From assembly GCA_022565335.1 (NCBI GenBank), contig JAIUMY010000003.1, positions 1,861-65,860 of the forward strand: 64,000 bases of DNA, in the 5' to 3' direction. Below the pieces are notes generated by a model. It did not search any database. It saw only the letters and a list, made by a program, of their open reading frames with translations, and was not told the origin of the DNA. A program made the position numbers and the translations under genes. The stretch comes from Opitutales bacterium. GTDB taxonomy: Bacteria; Verrucomicrobiota; Verrucomicrobiia; Opitutales; T3Sed10-336. This document shows, one piece after another, positions 26,724 to 34,669 of the stretch (position 1 is its first letter; every line of letters starts with the position of its first letter).

Positions 26724-27535
26724 TGAGTTCCTTGCATACCAAGACCATACCCGCCTCTGACATGCCCGACCGCCCCGCCTTCAATTGGCTGGATGATACG
26801 GGCGAAGATGCTGACCTCACCGTCATGACCCGGGACGTGACGAAAATCTACCAGATGGGGGAAGAAAAAATCCATGCCCTCGGCGGAGTCAATATCAAGA
26901 TCGCCACTGGCGAATACATCTCCATCATGGGGCCCTCCGGTTCCGGGAAAACCACTTTGTTCAACGTCATTGGCGGATTGACCAAGCCTACCAGCGGTAA
27001 TGTTTTTATCGATGAAATCGATGTCGCCCAGTTGGATGCCAACGAATTGGCGTGGTTACGGTGCCGGAAGATCGGCTACATTTTCCAAAGCTACAATATC
27101 GTCAAGGTGCTTACCGCCCTGGAAAACGTCACCCTGCCTATGCTCTTTGCCGGCGTCCCCCCCGATGAAGCGCAGGACCGCGCCGTTTACATCCTTGGGC
27201 GGGTCGGCTTGGGTGATCGGGTTCTGCACACCCCAAAGGAACTCTCCGGTGGACAGCAACAACGCGTGGCCATTGCCCGCGCTTTTGCCAACAAGCCCTC
27301 CATCATTCTCGCCGATGAACCCACCGCCAATTTGGACCTCAAAACCGGGGAGGAAATCATCGAACTGATGCGCGAAATGAACCAGGAGGAAGGCGTGACC
27401 GTGGTCTGTTCGACGCACGATCACAAGATGCTGAATATTTCCGACCGAATCGCCTGGATGCAGGACGGTCTTCTCAAGAAAATCGCCAAACGGGACGAAG
27501 TGGATATCGAAATCTCCCAACTGGCGGAAAAATAA
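26723..27535 (+). CDS. MacB/LolD-type ABC ATPase (second of two in locus), with ~35-aa N-terminal extension
   Basis: Walker A is GPSGSGKTT, the signature is [14 protein letters not shown], Walker B is ILADEPTANLD, and the H-loop is STHD. Confidence 0.9.
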   Translation: MSSLHTKTIPASDMPDRPAFNWLDDTGEDADLTVMTRDVTKIYQMGEEKIHALGGVNIKIATGEYISIMGPSGSGKTTLFNVIGGLTKPTSGNVFIDEIDVAQLDANELAWLRCRKIGYIFQSYNIVKVLTALENVTLPMLFAGVPPDEAQDRAVYILGRVGLGDRVLHTPKELSGGQQQRVAIARAFANKPSIILADEPTANLDLKTGEEIIELMREMNQEEGVTVVCSTHDHKMLNISDRIAWMQDGLLKKIAKRDEVDIEISQLAEK

Positions 27536-27543
27536 CCGCTGCC

Positions 27544-28530
27544 TTGACTGTCTGGCTTGACCCTTCCTCCCTTTCCTGGACGGTTCTCGCCCTGCTGGTT
27601 CTGGTGGGCTTTATCGGACTAACCTTCGGCGGAGACTTTCTTTGCCGGGGAGCGGTTGGCCTTTCCCGCAAACTGGGGGTTTCCCCCTTGGTTATTGGCC
27701 TGACGGTAGTTTCCATCGCTACTTCAATGCCGGAACTTTTCACCTCCGTGGCCGCCTCTTTGCGTGACGCCCAAGGACTGGTCATCGGAAATATCGTGGG
27801 CAGTAATATCAGCAATCTTGGCCTGATCCTGGGTCTTTCCGCCCTCTTTTGCCCTTTGGTCGTTCAGGTTAGAGTCATTCGCCGGGAAATGCCCGCATTG
27901 GTCCTCATTACTCTCCTTTTTTGCGCTTTGGCCTATTGGGGGGGCGGATTCACCCGGCTTGATGGATTACTCCTTTTGCTCTGCTTGGTCGGCTACCTCT
28001 TTTATTTTTTTATCGAATACCGTCAGCAACCTGACCTCAACGCAGAGATCGCCGAAGAGGAAACTCCTACCCAGTCGACACCGATATTCTTTCTTCTCCT
28101 CGGGGGTACGGTTTTTCTCACCATCGGTGCCGATGCTTTGGTCATCGGAGCCAGTGAAATGGCTTTGCGATGGGGAGTCTCCGAGGTGTTGATTGGCCTC
28201 AGTCTGGTGGCCATCGGCACCAGTCTTCCCGAACTTGCCACCTCTGTCGCGGCCGCTTTGCGCAAACAAATGGATATCTGCGTGGGGAATATTATTGGGT
28301 CCAATGTTTTCAATTTGGTCTTGATTGGCGGAGTTACGGCCTTGGTTTTCCCGTTTCCCGTAGAAGCTCTCTTACTTCGTCTGGAAATACCGATAATGCT
28401 GGGACTCACCCTGCTTTTGTGGCCCTTTGTCATCACCGGCAAAATCATCAGCCGCCGCGAGGGCGCAATCCTGCTTCTCCTGTTCACCGGTTTTCTCCTC
28501 GCCGCTTTCTTTTTTCGTTTGGGGGGCTGA
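27544..28530 (+). CDS. Ca2+/Na+ antiporter, CaCA family (YrbG-like)
   Basis: It has two internal repeats with alpha-repeat motifs, GLTVVSIATSMPELFTS and GLSLVAIGTSLPELATS, each followed by GNI(V/I)GSN. The TTG start lies 8 nt after the preceding stop. Confidence 0.85.
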   Translation: MTVWLDPSSLSWTVLALLVLVGFIGLTFGGDFLCRGAVGLSRKLGVSPLVIGLTVVSIATSMPELFTSVAASLRDAQGLVIGNIVGSNISNLGLILGLSALFCPLVVQVRVIRREMPALVLITLLFCALAYWGGGFTRLDGLLLLLCLVGYLFYFFIEYRQQPDLNAEIAEEETPTQSTPIFFLLLGGTVFLTIGADALVIGASEMALRWGVSEVLIGLSLVAIGTSLPELATSVAAALRKQMDICVGNIIGSNVFNLVLIGGVTALVFPFPVEALLLRLEIPIMLGLTLLLWPFVITGKIISRREGAILLLLFTGFLLAAFFFRLGG

Positions 28531-28645
28531 AATAATCCCGCGACTGAGACTCTTCCGGTAGGCTGAAAATAAAGTTATCTTTTCTAATCTGTTAGTTTTT
28601 TTATTGTTTTTTAAAGGACCTATCCAATACTATAAATTATCCTTT

Positions 28646-29797
28646 ATGCAAAAGATCGTTTTCTGCCTTCTCACCGATTTAACCTATCATCGCGATATGA
28701 TAACCGGGGCCGCCGGTTATGCCCGCGACCATCAATTGCCTTGGGTATTCACCTTTGAACCAAAATCGGCAGCTTTACTAAATAACGATTCTGCCTCCCG
28801 TCCCGATGGAGCGATTATTTATTTACCCCATAGAGAGGACCAAGCTTTCCCGGTCCCCCCTCCCTTTCCAATCGTCAATGTATCCTCGACCACCGAAAAG
28901 AACCTGACCGTTCCCTCCGTTTTGCCCGACAATTCAAGTATCGGACGTATGGCCGCCGCCCATCTAACCTCCCGGGGATATCGAATACTCTACAGTATCG
29001 GGCCCAAAACTCTTTTTGGCAAAAACCGCCACAAGGGGTTCCGGGAGTACTGCGAGAAATGCCAAGGGTTGGAAGTGCATTACTTCGAGCTCCCCTTTCC
29101 CTGGTCTCACAAGAACATCTCCGAGAGCGGATTGTCCCCCGATGAATTGGAAGCCATTGTTCGACGATCAACAACCCCTCCGGCATTTTTTCTTCATGAC
29201 GATGATTTAGCTCTGCACTTCGCCCAAATCGCCGCCCTGGCGAAACTGCGCGTTCCTTTTGACTTGGCCCTGATGGGCGTCAACAATCAGGAACACGTTT
29301 GTATGTTGAATTACCCTCCCCGCAGTTCGATCCAACTTTCGGGAGAAAAGATGGGCTACGAAGCCGCCCGCCAACTTCACCGGCAATTAGAAAAAATCCC
29401 CATCCCCGATCCGGTCGTGAATATCCCGCCTTCGGGCTTGCTCGAGAGAGAGTCAACCGGATACCTGAATGCCGACGACCCATCCGTGCGGGATGCCTTG
29501 GCCTTTATGCAAAATCATTTGGGAAGCAACTTGCTGATCACCGATGTGGCTAAGGCCATCGGCCTTTCCCGGAGAGTCCTCGAAAAACGTTTTCAACGTC
29601 ACATGGGCGTCACCATTGGGAAGAAATGGATTGAAATGCGGATCGATAAAGCGCGCGATATGCTTTTGAACACCGACCTTCAATTAGTGGAAATCGCCAA
29701 TCTCACCGGATTCAATACGCCCCAAAGATTAGCTACCGTTTTCAAACAATATACCGGACTTACCTTGACCCAGGCCCGGCGACAGAATCGCCGCTAG
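28646..29797 (+). CDS. XylR-like transcriptional regulator (periplasmic-binding-protein-like sensor + AraC HTH)
   Basis: The C-terminal AraC-type HTH reads ITDVAKAIGLSRRVLEKRFQRHMG ... IANLTGFNTPQRLATVFKQYTGLTLTQAR. The N-terminal ~270 aa look LacI/PBP-like. I prefer the ATG at 28646 (MQKIVF..) over the ORF-track TTG at 28604. Confidence 0.75.
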   Translation: MQKIVFCLLTDLTYHRDMITGAAGYARDHQLPWVFTFEPKSAALLNNDSASRPDGAIIYLPHREDQAFPVPPPFPIVNVSSTTEKNLTVPSVLPDNSSIGRMAAAHLTSRGYRILYSIGPKTLFGKNRHKGFREYCEKCQGLEVHYFELPFPWSHKNISESGLSPDELEAIVRRSTTPPAFFLHDDDLALHFAQIAALAKLRVPFDLALMGVNNQEHVCMLNYPPRSSIQLSGEKMGYEAARQLHRQLEKIPIPDPVVNIPPSGLLERESTGYLNADDPSVRDALAFMQNHLGSNLLITDVAKAIGLSRRVLEKRFQRHMGVTIGKKWIEMRIDKARDMLLNTDLQLVEIANLTGFNTPQRLATVFKQYTGLTLTQARRQNRR

Positions 29798-29859
29798 AAG
29801 ATTTCCGATGGCTCCTTGACCAAGTAGTCCAACCCCTGACTACTCGAGTTTCGTCCCTC

Positions 29860-31008
29860 CTACCGCTTCTTCACCGCACCACTTTCGTAGCGGGCTATCC
29901 ACTTCTCACTCCAGGAAACAAAATCTCCCGCCTGAAGATGCTTCCGCGCGGAGGCCGTCAGCTCAAGAAAAAAGCGAATATTGTGCAGACTCAATAAGGT
30001 GCCCCCAAGCATTTCTCCCGCCACCAATAAATGCCGCAAATACGAACGACTGAATTCTCCCCCCGGCCCCGGAAAATTCTCGATCAGAGGACGATCATCC
30101 TCGGCATATCGTTCGTGACGTAAATTCAACAAACCATCGGGGGTGAACGCACTCCCGTGACGGGCTAACCGGGTCGGCATAACACAATCAAACATATCCA
30201 CCCCCAACCGTATCATTTTCAAAATCTGCGGCGGCGTCCCCAGCCCCATTGCGTACCGTGCCTTGGTCTCCGGCAAATGCGGAGTCACCGCCCCGACCTG
30301 GGCCAACATCTCGGGCTCGGGTTCGCCCACGCTCACTCCACCAATCGCATACCCCGGAAAATCCATCTCGACCAAACGCTGTGCACACTCCACCCGTTGC
30401 TCGGGGTAATGCGCTCCCTGCACGATGGCAAAAAGTTGTCGCCCCCGCGCCGGCATTTCCCGTTCCTCCCATGCCTGACGGCACCTCCGGGCCCACGCCA
30501 CGGTGCGCTCCAAAGCCTGCCGGGAATCATCCTCGGTGCTCGGATAAGGGGGGCACTCATCCAGAACCATCAAAATATCCGAACCCAGCCGGTCCTGCAC
30601 CGCCACCGCCTCCTCTGGGGTCAGGACAATTTTGCGCCCGTCCAGATGAGATTGAAATTCCACCCCCGCATCAGACAGCTTTCGGGTTTTAGCCAAACTG
30701 AAAATCTGAAAGCCCCCACTATCGGTTAAGATGGGGCGATCCCAACGCATGAAGGAGTGTAACCCACCGCGGCGTTGAATCATCTCCGAACCGGGACGAA
30801 CGTGCAGGTGATAGGTATTGCCGAGCAAAATACGAACCCCTTGCTCCTGCAACTGTTCCGGAGAGCAGCTTTTTACCGTTCCCTGAGTGCCTACCGGCAT
30901 AAAAATCGGGGTCGGAACATCCCCGTGCGCGGTGTGCAAAGTTCCCCAACGGGCCGCCGACGCGGGGTCCTTTCCCCGCAAAGTGAAACCATTATTGATC
31001 ACTGTCAT
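29860..31008 (-). CDS. tgt: tRNA-guanine transglycosylase (queuine tRNA-ribosyltransferase), lacking the CxCxxC zinc motif
   Basis: Motifs seen: TPIFMPVGTQGTVK, LLGNTYHL, LTDSGGFQIFSL, AIVQG and GVDMFDCVMPTR. I chose the start at the ATG at 31008 (MTVINNGF). The ORF-track extension to 31218 overlaps lepB and has no Tgt homology. Confidence 0.9.
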   Translation of the reverse strand: MTVINNGFTLRGKDPASAARWGTLHTAHGDVPTPIFMPVGTQGTVKSCSPEQLQEQGVRILLGNTYHLHVRPGSEMIQRRGGLHSFMRWDRPILTDSGGFQIFSLAKTRKLSDAGVEFQSHLDGRKIVLTPEEAVAVQDRLGSDILMVLDECPPYPSTEDDSRQALERTVAWARRCRQAWEEREMPARGRQLFAIVQGAHYPEQRVECAQRLVEMDFPGYAIGGVSVGEPEPEMLAQVGAVTPHLPETKARYAMGLGTPPQILKMIRLGVDMFDCVMPTRLARHGSAFTPDGLLNLRHERYAEDDRPLIENFPGPGGEFSRSYLRHLLVAGEMLGGTLLSLHNIRFFLELTASARKHLQAGDFVSWSEKWIARYESGAVKKR

Positions 31009-31027
31009 ACCTGTCCTTAAAGCTCCT

Positions 31028-32287
31028 CTATTTGGCCAATCCCCAACGACGGGTGAAGGGGTAATAGATCCACAAGGGTCGCCCCACCAATTCGCTTTTC
31101 CCCACCGGACCATAGGAACGGCCGTCCAAACTGTTCGGGGAATTATCCCCCAACGAGAAGAAATGGTCATCGGGAATGACGATCGATCTTCCAGCCGGCA
31201 GAAACCCCCGGTTCTCATATCCGGGATAATCGCCTTCCAGTGTATTGATCCGCTCCCACACCCGGCGACCGTTCAACAACTCTCCGTTGCGGAATAAATG
31301 CGGCTCCACGATTTCCAACTCATCGCCACCAATGCCCACCATACGCTTGATGTAGTAGGATTCCTGATCGAGGAGACGAATATTGTCGGTGCGAAAGACC
31401 ACCGCACTGCCCACTTTGGGACGAACGAAATGATAGGATAGACGATCCACAAACAAATGATCCCCCGTCCGAATATCAAACGCCAGCAGGGTCTCCCCAG
31501 TCTCCACCGGAATTCCCGTATCGACGATTGCCACCCGCGAATCGCGGGCGGTAACCCGCCCTTCGGAAGCCAATCTACTGACCCAACTGCGAAAGCTCTC
31601 ATCCTCTGGAGAAAGCGCCTTCCGCAAACTCTCATGGGGTTGAAAATCCGCTGGCACCACCGCCTCCACCGGTTGTCCCCCGACCAATACCGGATAGGCT
31701 CGCATGTTTGCGGGGAAAACCAAAAACCGCCGCCCTCTGGTCTCTTGGGAAAGCCACATGGTCTCGCTGAAGTTCTCCGCCAGGGAATTGTACACTACCG
31801 GAAATTGGATCGTTCCACTGGCGGGCGCCTCCAAGCGAATCTGGGTGCGCCCCGGCAATACGCCGCGAAGCGCTCCGGGAGCTTCCTCCGGCTCTTCATA
31901 CACCTCCGCCATCATACCCGAATAGGAAGGATACATCGAGTTCGTCGGAATCTTGAAGGGCTGCAAAAAGTAGGTCCGCACGCCCAAAGCCAAAATTGCC
32001 GCAATGAGTAGTACCTCAATATTTTCCGCCAGAGCGGACCGCTTGAAATAAGGTCCGCCATGAGTTTCCAACGCCTCTTCAAGCGTCGACATAACCATCC
32101 GCAATTTGGCTCCATCCACTTTGGTGCGCAAGGCCTTCCGAACATCCGCAGCCGCCTCTCTCAGCTGAGCAACCTCGCTCTTGCGTAAAAGATCCCGCCG
32201 ATAGTGGATCACTTTATCGGCCAAGCGCAGCCAGTGTTTCGCAGTTTTACGCTGCTTGCTAAGGTCTGAATACAAAAAAGAGAACAC
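31028..32287 (-). CDS. lepB: Signal peptidase I with long N-terminal cytoplasmic extension and large insertion
   Basis: Box B is PTNSMYPSY (Ser nucleophile), box C is GDHLFVDRLSYHF, box D is YYIKRMVGIGGDEL (Lys), and box E is SLGDNSPNSLDGRSYG. Confidence 0.85.
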   Translation of the reverse strand: MFSFLYSDLSKQRKTAKHWLRLADKVIHYRRDLLRKSEVAQLREAAADVRKALRTKVDGAKLRMVMSTLEEALETHGGPYFKRSALAENIEVLLIAAILALGVRTYFLQPFKIPTNSMYPSYSGMMAEVYEEPEEAPGALRGVLPGRTQIRLEAPASGTIQFPVVYNSLAENFSETMWLSQETRGRRFLVFPANMRAYPVLVGGQPVEAVVPADFQPHESLRKALSPEDESFRSWVSRLASEGRVTARDSRVAIVDTGIPVETGETLLAFDIRTGDHLFVDRLSYHFVRPKVGSAVVFRTDNIRLLDQESYYIKRMVGIGGDELEIVEPHLFRNGELLNGRRVWERINTLEGDYPGYENRGFLPAGRSIVIPDDHFFSLGDNSPNSLDGRSYGPVGKSELVGRPLWIYYPFTRRWGLAK

Positions 32288-32299
32288 GACAACAAGGGT

Positions 32300-33313
32300 T
32301 TAGGCGGAGGGCGGAAAAAGCAACTCGGCAATTTGCAGCGCGTTGAGGGCTGCGCCCTTCCACAATTGATCGCCCACCACCCAAAAGCTCAACCCATTGG
32401 GCATTACCAAATCCTTACGCAGACGACCGACCGCGCAGGCTTCTTTCCCGGAACGCTCCAACGGCAAAGGATACCGATTGGCCGCCGGCTCATCCTGCAA
32501 CTCAACACCGGGGAAGGCCCGGATCGTCTCCCTCGCCCGCTCCAGGTCCACGGGTTTATCGAAGGATGCCGTCAGACTCATCGAATGCGCACGCAGAACG
32601 GGAACCCGCACGCAGGTGCAGGAAACCGCCAACTCCGGCAAGTCCATAATCTTTCTTCCCTCACGCAGCATTTTCATCTCTTCCTTGGTATAGCCATTCT
32701 CTTCAAAGCAATCAACATGCGGCAGAACATTGAAAGCAATCTGATGTGGATAAACCGTGTTGGCCGCCGTCTCGCCCTTGGCCCAGGCTTTTAATTGTGC
32801 CTCCAGCTCCAAAACGCCCCCCGTACCGGACCCCGAAACCGCCTGATAGGTCGAGGCGACCACCGAGCGCAAACCGAATTCCCGGTGCAACGGATAAAGC
32901 CCCATTAAGGCAATGGCCGTCGAGCAATTTGGATTGGCGACAATGCCCCGGTGAGCCTTGGCCGCCTCCGGATTGATTTCCGGAACCACCAGGGGAACCT
33001 CCGGATCCTGGCGAAAGGCGGAGCTGTTATCAATAACCACCACGCCTTCCTTGGCCACTGTTGGAGCTAATGCCTGAGACACCGAACCACCGGCACTGAA
33101 AATAGCAAAATCGAGCCCCCGAAAGGCCTCCGGCGTAGCTTCCACGATCTTTCCGGAAAAAGAACCGACTTCAATAGTGCGCCCCGCCGAACGGGCTGAG
33201 GCCAACAGTCGCAACTCCCCCACGGGATAATTATGGCGCTCCAAAAGCCGAATGAATTCTTGACCAACCGCCCCGGTTGCGCCGACGATGCCGATATTGT
33301 ATTTTTTAGACAT
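32300..33313 (-). CDS. asd: Aspartate-semialdehyde dehydrogenase
   Basis: The N-terminal GIVGATGAVGQEF Rossmann motif and the active-site context NPNCSTIAL are present. The 337-aa length fits the family. Confidence 0.95.
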   Translation of the reverse strand: MSKKYNIGIVGATGAVGQEFIRLLERHNYPVGELRLLASARSAGRTIEVGSFSGKIVEATPEAFRGLDFAIFSAGGSVSQALAPTVAKEGVVVIDNSSAFRQDPEVPLVVPEINPEAAKAHRGIVANPNCSTAIALMGLYPLHREFGLRSVVASTYQAVSGSGTGGVLELEAQLKAWAKGETAANTVYPHQIAFNVLPHVDCFEENGYTKEEMKMLREGRKIMDLPELAVSCTCVRVPVLRAHSMSLTASFDKPVDLERARETIRAFPGVELQDEPAANRYPLPLERSGKEACAVGRLRKDLVMPNGLSFWVVGDQLWKGAALNALQIAELLFPPSA

Positions 33314-33884
33314 GAATAATCTACGGGAAAAATTATGGGAATACGCTACTCAAAGCGCGCACTCCCGTAAGATCAAGCTAACAAATGACCTTCTTTGGGT
33401 TAGTATCCCGGAACAGACCCTGGAACATTGGCGGAACGGTCAACACCTCCGTACGTACGACATCTCCACTTCGGAAAGGCCACCCTCGGTACTCCAGGAC
33501 AGCTTGGGAACCCCTACGGGCTGGCTGCGTATTACCGAAAAGATCGGCGACGGGCAACCAACCGGCATGGTTTTCAAGGGAAGGGTCCCCCGAGGCTATT
33601 CCTGGCCCGACGCCCCCCCCGCAGACCAGGAAAAAGCGCTCATCACCTCCCGTATCCTCCGCTTGACGGGCTGCGAAACGGGATGGAACGCCGGCCCCGG
33701 CAGAGACACCTGGGAACGATACATCTACCTTCACGGCACCAACCGTCACCACCGTATCGGCGAACCCCAAAGCGCCGGTTGTGTCCTGCTCAGGGATGAG
33801 GAAATGATCGCCCTCTTCGACGAAGTTCCCGAAGGCACACTGGTCTGGATTCTCGATAAACCAACGATCGAACAGCCGTCATGA
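33312..33884 (+). CDS. YkuD (L,D-transpeptidase catalytic) domain protein without recognisable signal peptide
   Basis: YIYLHGTNRHHRIGEPQSAGCVLL matches the YkuD H..(S/T)xGC motif, with Leu in place of the usual Arg after the Cys. The N-terminus MNNLREKLWEYATQSAHSRK is hydrophilic. An ATGA overlap links it to the next gene. Confidence 0.65.
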   Translation: MNNLREKLWEYATQSAHSRKIKLTNDLLWVSIPEQTLEHWRNGQHLRTYDISTSERPPSVLQDSLGTPTGWLRITEKIGDGQPTGMVFKGRVPRGYSWPDAPPADQEKALITSRILRLTGCETGWNAGPGRDTWERYIYLHGTNRHHRIGEPQSAGCVLLRDEEMIALFDEVPEGTLVWILDKPTIEQPS

Positions 33885-34429
33885 ACCGTTCCTACCCCGA
33901 CAGTTTTCTTCCCGATCCCATCAACCCGCCTTTTTGGAGTTGCCTGCGCACCAGGCCACGATGGGAAAAGAAAATGGCCCGGTGGTTGGAAGAGCGCGAC
34001 TTTGGTTATTTCCTCCCTCTGGTTAATCAAAAAAAAACCTCCCACCGGAAAACCCGGATTACCGAGATCGCTCTATTTCCAGGATACGTCTTCGTTCAAG
34101 GCGACTACGGCAAAGGGGATTTCCAGGAAACCGGCGCCGTAGTCTATGTCCTCAAACCGAAAACTCCCGGCCAACAGAAGGATTTGGCGGAAAACCTTGA
34201 AAGCGTCCGCTGCATTCTCGCCGCCGGACGGGATCCCCGACCTCTGGAGGAATATCGCCCCGGACAAAAAATTATTATTAACCAGGGAACCTTGGCTGGA
34301 GTCCGGGGGGAAATCCTCGAACACTCCGCGCCCGACACCATTACCGTGTGGATCGAGCTTTTGGGACGCGGCCTTTCCCTTCCCCTCACCCCGGAAGACC
34401 TGAGTCTTCTGGAGGACGAAGAAGCTTAG
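33881..34429 (+). CDS. NusG-family paralogue (NGN + KOW; UpxY/RfaH-like specialised antiterminator candidate)
   Basis: The NGN-like segment is WSCLRTRPRWEKKMARWLEERDFGYFLPLV...ALFPGYVFVQG. The KOW-like segment is RPGQKIIINQGTLAGVRGEILE. Confidence 0.7.
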   Translation: MNRSYPDSFLPDPINPPFWSCLRTRPRWEKKMARWLEERDFGYFLPLVNQKKTSHRKTRITEIALFPGYVFVQGDYGKGDFQETGAVVYVLKPKTPGQQKDLAENLESVRCILAAGRDPRPLEEYRPGQKIIINQGTLAGVRGEILEHSAPDTITVWIELLGRGLSLPLTPEDLSLLEDEEA

Positions 34430-34669
34430 GCCAATCCCTCGACATTCTGCGGCGCGGGCCGAACCCCGCCTCTGAGAATGGATCGATATGCCACGAAATG
34501 ACCCATTCGGGTCATTATGTCACTTTCAACATACCCCATCCCGTTCCAGGTCTTCACTCCAGCCCTTTAGTTAAGCTGGTCTCCCCGCTTTTCTGAAACG
34601 GAACGAATTTTGCAAAATCATCCTTGAAATGCGGAACAAGAATAAACTCTCAACTCTCTTAGCAATCCT

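Noticed and set aside
31009-31218. N-terminal extensions offered by the longest-ORF track for tgt (31009-31218), nusA (48616-48660), rsmD (6863-6883), the XylR-like regulator, the DUF368 protein, the GH and the DsrE-like protein.
   Set aside because: The extensions overlap neighbouring genes or regulatory hairpins. They lack family homology. Internal ATG codons give canonical N-termini such as MTVINNGF for Tgt, [11 protein letters not shown] for NusA and MRITGG for RsmD.
34630-34641. The 12-mer tgcggaacaaga (an ECF/sigma-E-like GGAAC -35 box) occurs upstream of degP and again at 36606-36617. A further GGAAC is at 14367-14371.
   Set aside because: Recurrence of a 12-mer is near chance expectation for this window size. 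No convincing -10 (CGTC-like) box sits at the right spacing. The second copy lies immediately before a terminator hairpin. I kept it only as a weak hint of envelope-stress control of degP.
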